64,000 nt of DNA from Candidatus Latescibacterota bacterium (GTDB lineage Bacteria; Latescibacterota; UBA2968; GCA-2709665): positions 512,001-576,000 of the forward strand of contig CAXXXF010000015.1 in NCBI GenBank assembly GCA_963667175.2, read 5' to 3'. The notes under the pieces are model-generated. The model was not told where the DNA came from and did not search any database. It saw only the letters and a list, made by a program, of their open reading frames with translations. The first letter of the stretch is position 1; each line of letters begins with the position of its first letter. Shown here piece by piece: positions 63,398 through 64,000 of the stretch. Both the position numbers and the translations under genes were made by a program.

Positions 63398-63541
63398 ATC
63401 AAAAGCCAAATCAGGCGAAGTCTGCGCCGGGATGTAGCATATTGAGATGGGGCGCGTCGAGGGCAGGACCTGCCTGCAGCGCAGTACGCTGCGCAGGCAG
63501 GTGCCCTCGCTCCCAGGGGTCCTCTCCTCCGCCCCAGGGTC

Positions 63542-64000
63542 TTACCGCTTGGAAGGTGCGCCCTTTGGCGTCGCACCGGTGTATAGCCCACCCTGACTCC
63601 GGTCGTAAATGACCGTGATGTTTCCGTTCTCCGAAACCAGCCGCGGCACGTTGCTGCTCTTCTCGTCGCGGTCGGGCCCCCGCATCACCGCCAGCTGCGC
63701 CTCACCCATCCCCTCCAGCAGATCGCCCCATCGCTCCTCGGGGGTCGCCATGGCCGCTCCGCCGTTGAAGTGCCGCGAAGAGTACCGCGTGAGGATGACG
63801 CGGCGCGGCACGTCGCTCTTCCACGCCAGTGCCCCGTGCGCCTGCGGGCCGTCCATGAAGAAGATGACGTCGCCGGCCTTTGCCAACGGATGCGTCACCA
63901 GCCCCATGTCGTCGTCGCAGGTCCAGACACCCCTGGGAATACCGTACTGCGCCTTGTGGCTTCCCGGCACGCAGGCAAATCCCCCGTCGTTTTCGGTCAC
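63542..64000 (-). CDS. PhyH family dioxygenase, C-terminal part (5' end outside the window)
   Basis: GGFACVPGSHK, AGDVIFF, AHGALAW, RR. Confidence 0.8.
   Translation of the reverse strand: MTENDGGFACVPGSHKAQYGIPRGVWTCDDDMGLVTHPLAKAGDVIFFMDGPQAHGALAWKSDVPRRVILTRYSSRHFNGGAAMATPEERWGDLLEGMGEAQLAVMRGPDRDEKSSNVPRLVSENGNITVIYDRSQGGLYTGATPKGAPSKR

Overview
GC-rich bacterial chromosome segment. The many PhyH dioxygenases, dockerin-like and FlgD/T9SS-like C-terminal tails, and heparinase/GH genes suggest a Latescibacterota-like or related FCB/PVC organism (inference). The backbone is catabolic genes, a riboswitch-controlled cobalamin uptake/salvage operon, and an SDR-QueA-like-GAF kinase-NarL operon. 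Lower-GC accessory patches carry McrBC, a HEPN+PD-(D/E)XK gene, a DUF2188+NDT/TIR-like pair, several toxin-antitoxin loci and IS relics. The most unusual signals are mobile-DNA features. (1) An unclassified element with a Rep_trans-like motif and a winged helix, flanked by hairpins, occurs as a 1375-bp-period tandem duplication that starts almost exactly at the element's hairpin-marked end. (2) An ORF-less group II intron has an EBS1 complementary to the genome's abundant GCTGA(C/T)N heptamer repeats and sits inside one of them. (3) A 33-bp palindromic micro-element (CCTGCC...GGCAGG) is repeatedly inserted inside other REP-like repeats. No rRNA, tRNA or CRISPR array was seen. All family calls come from motif recognition, not database searches.
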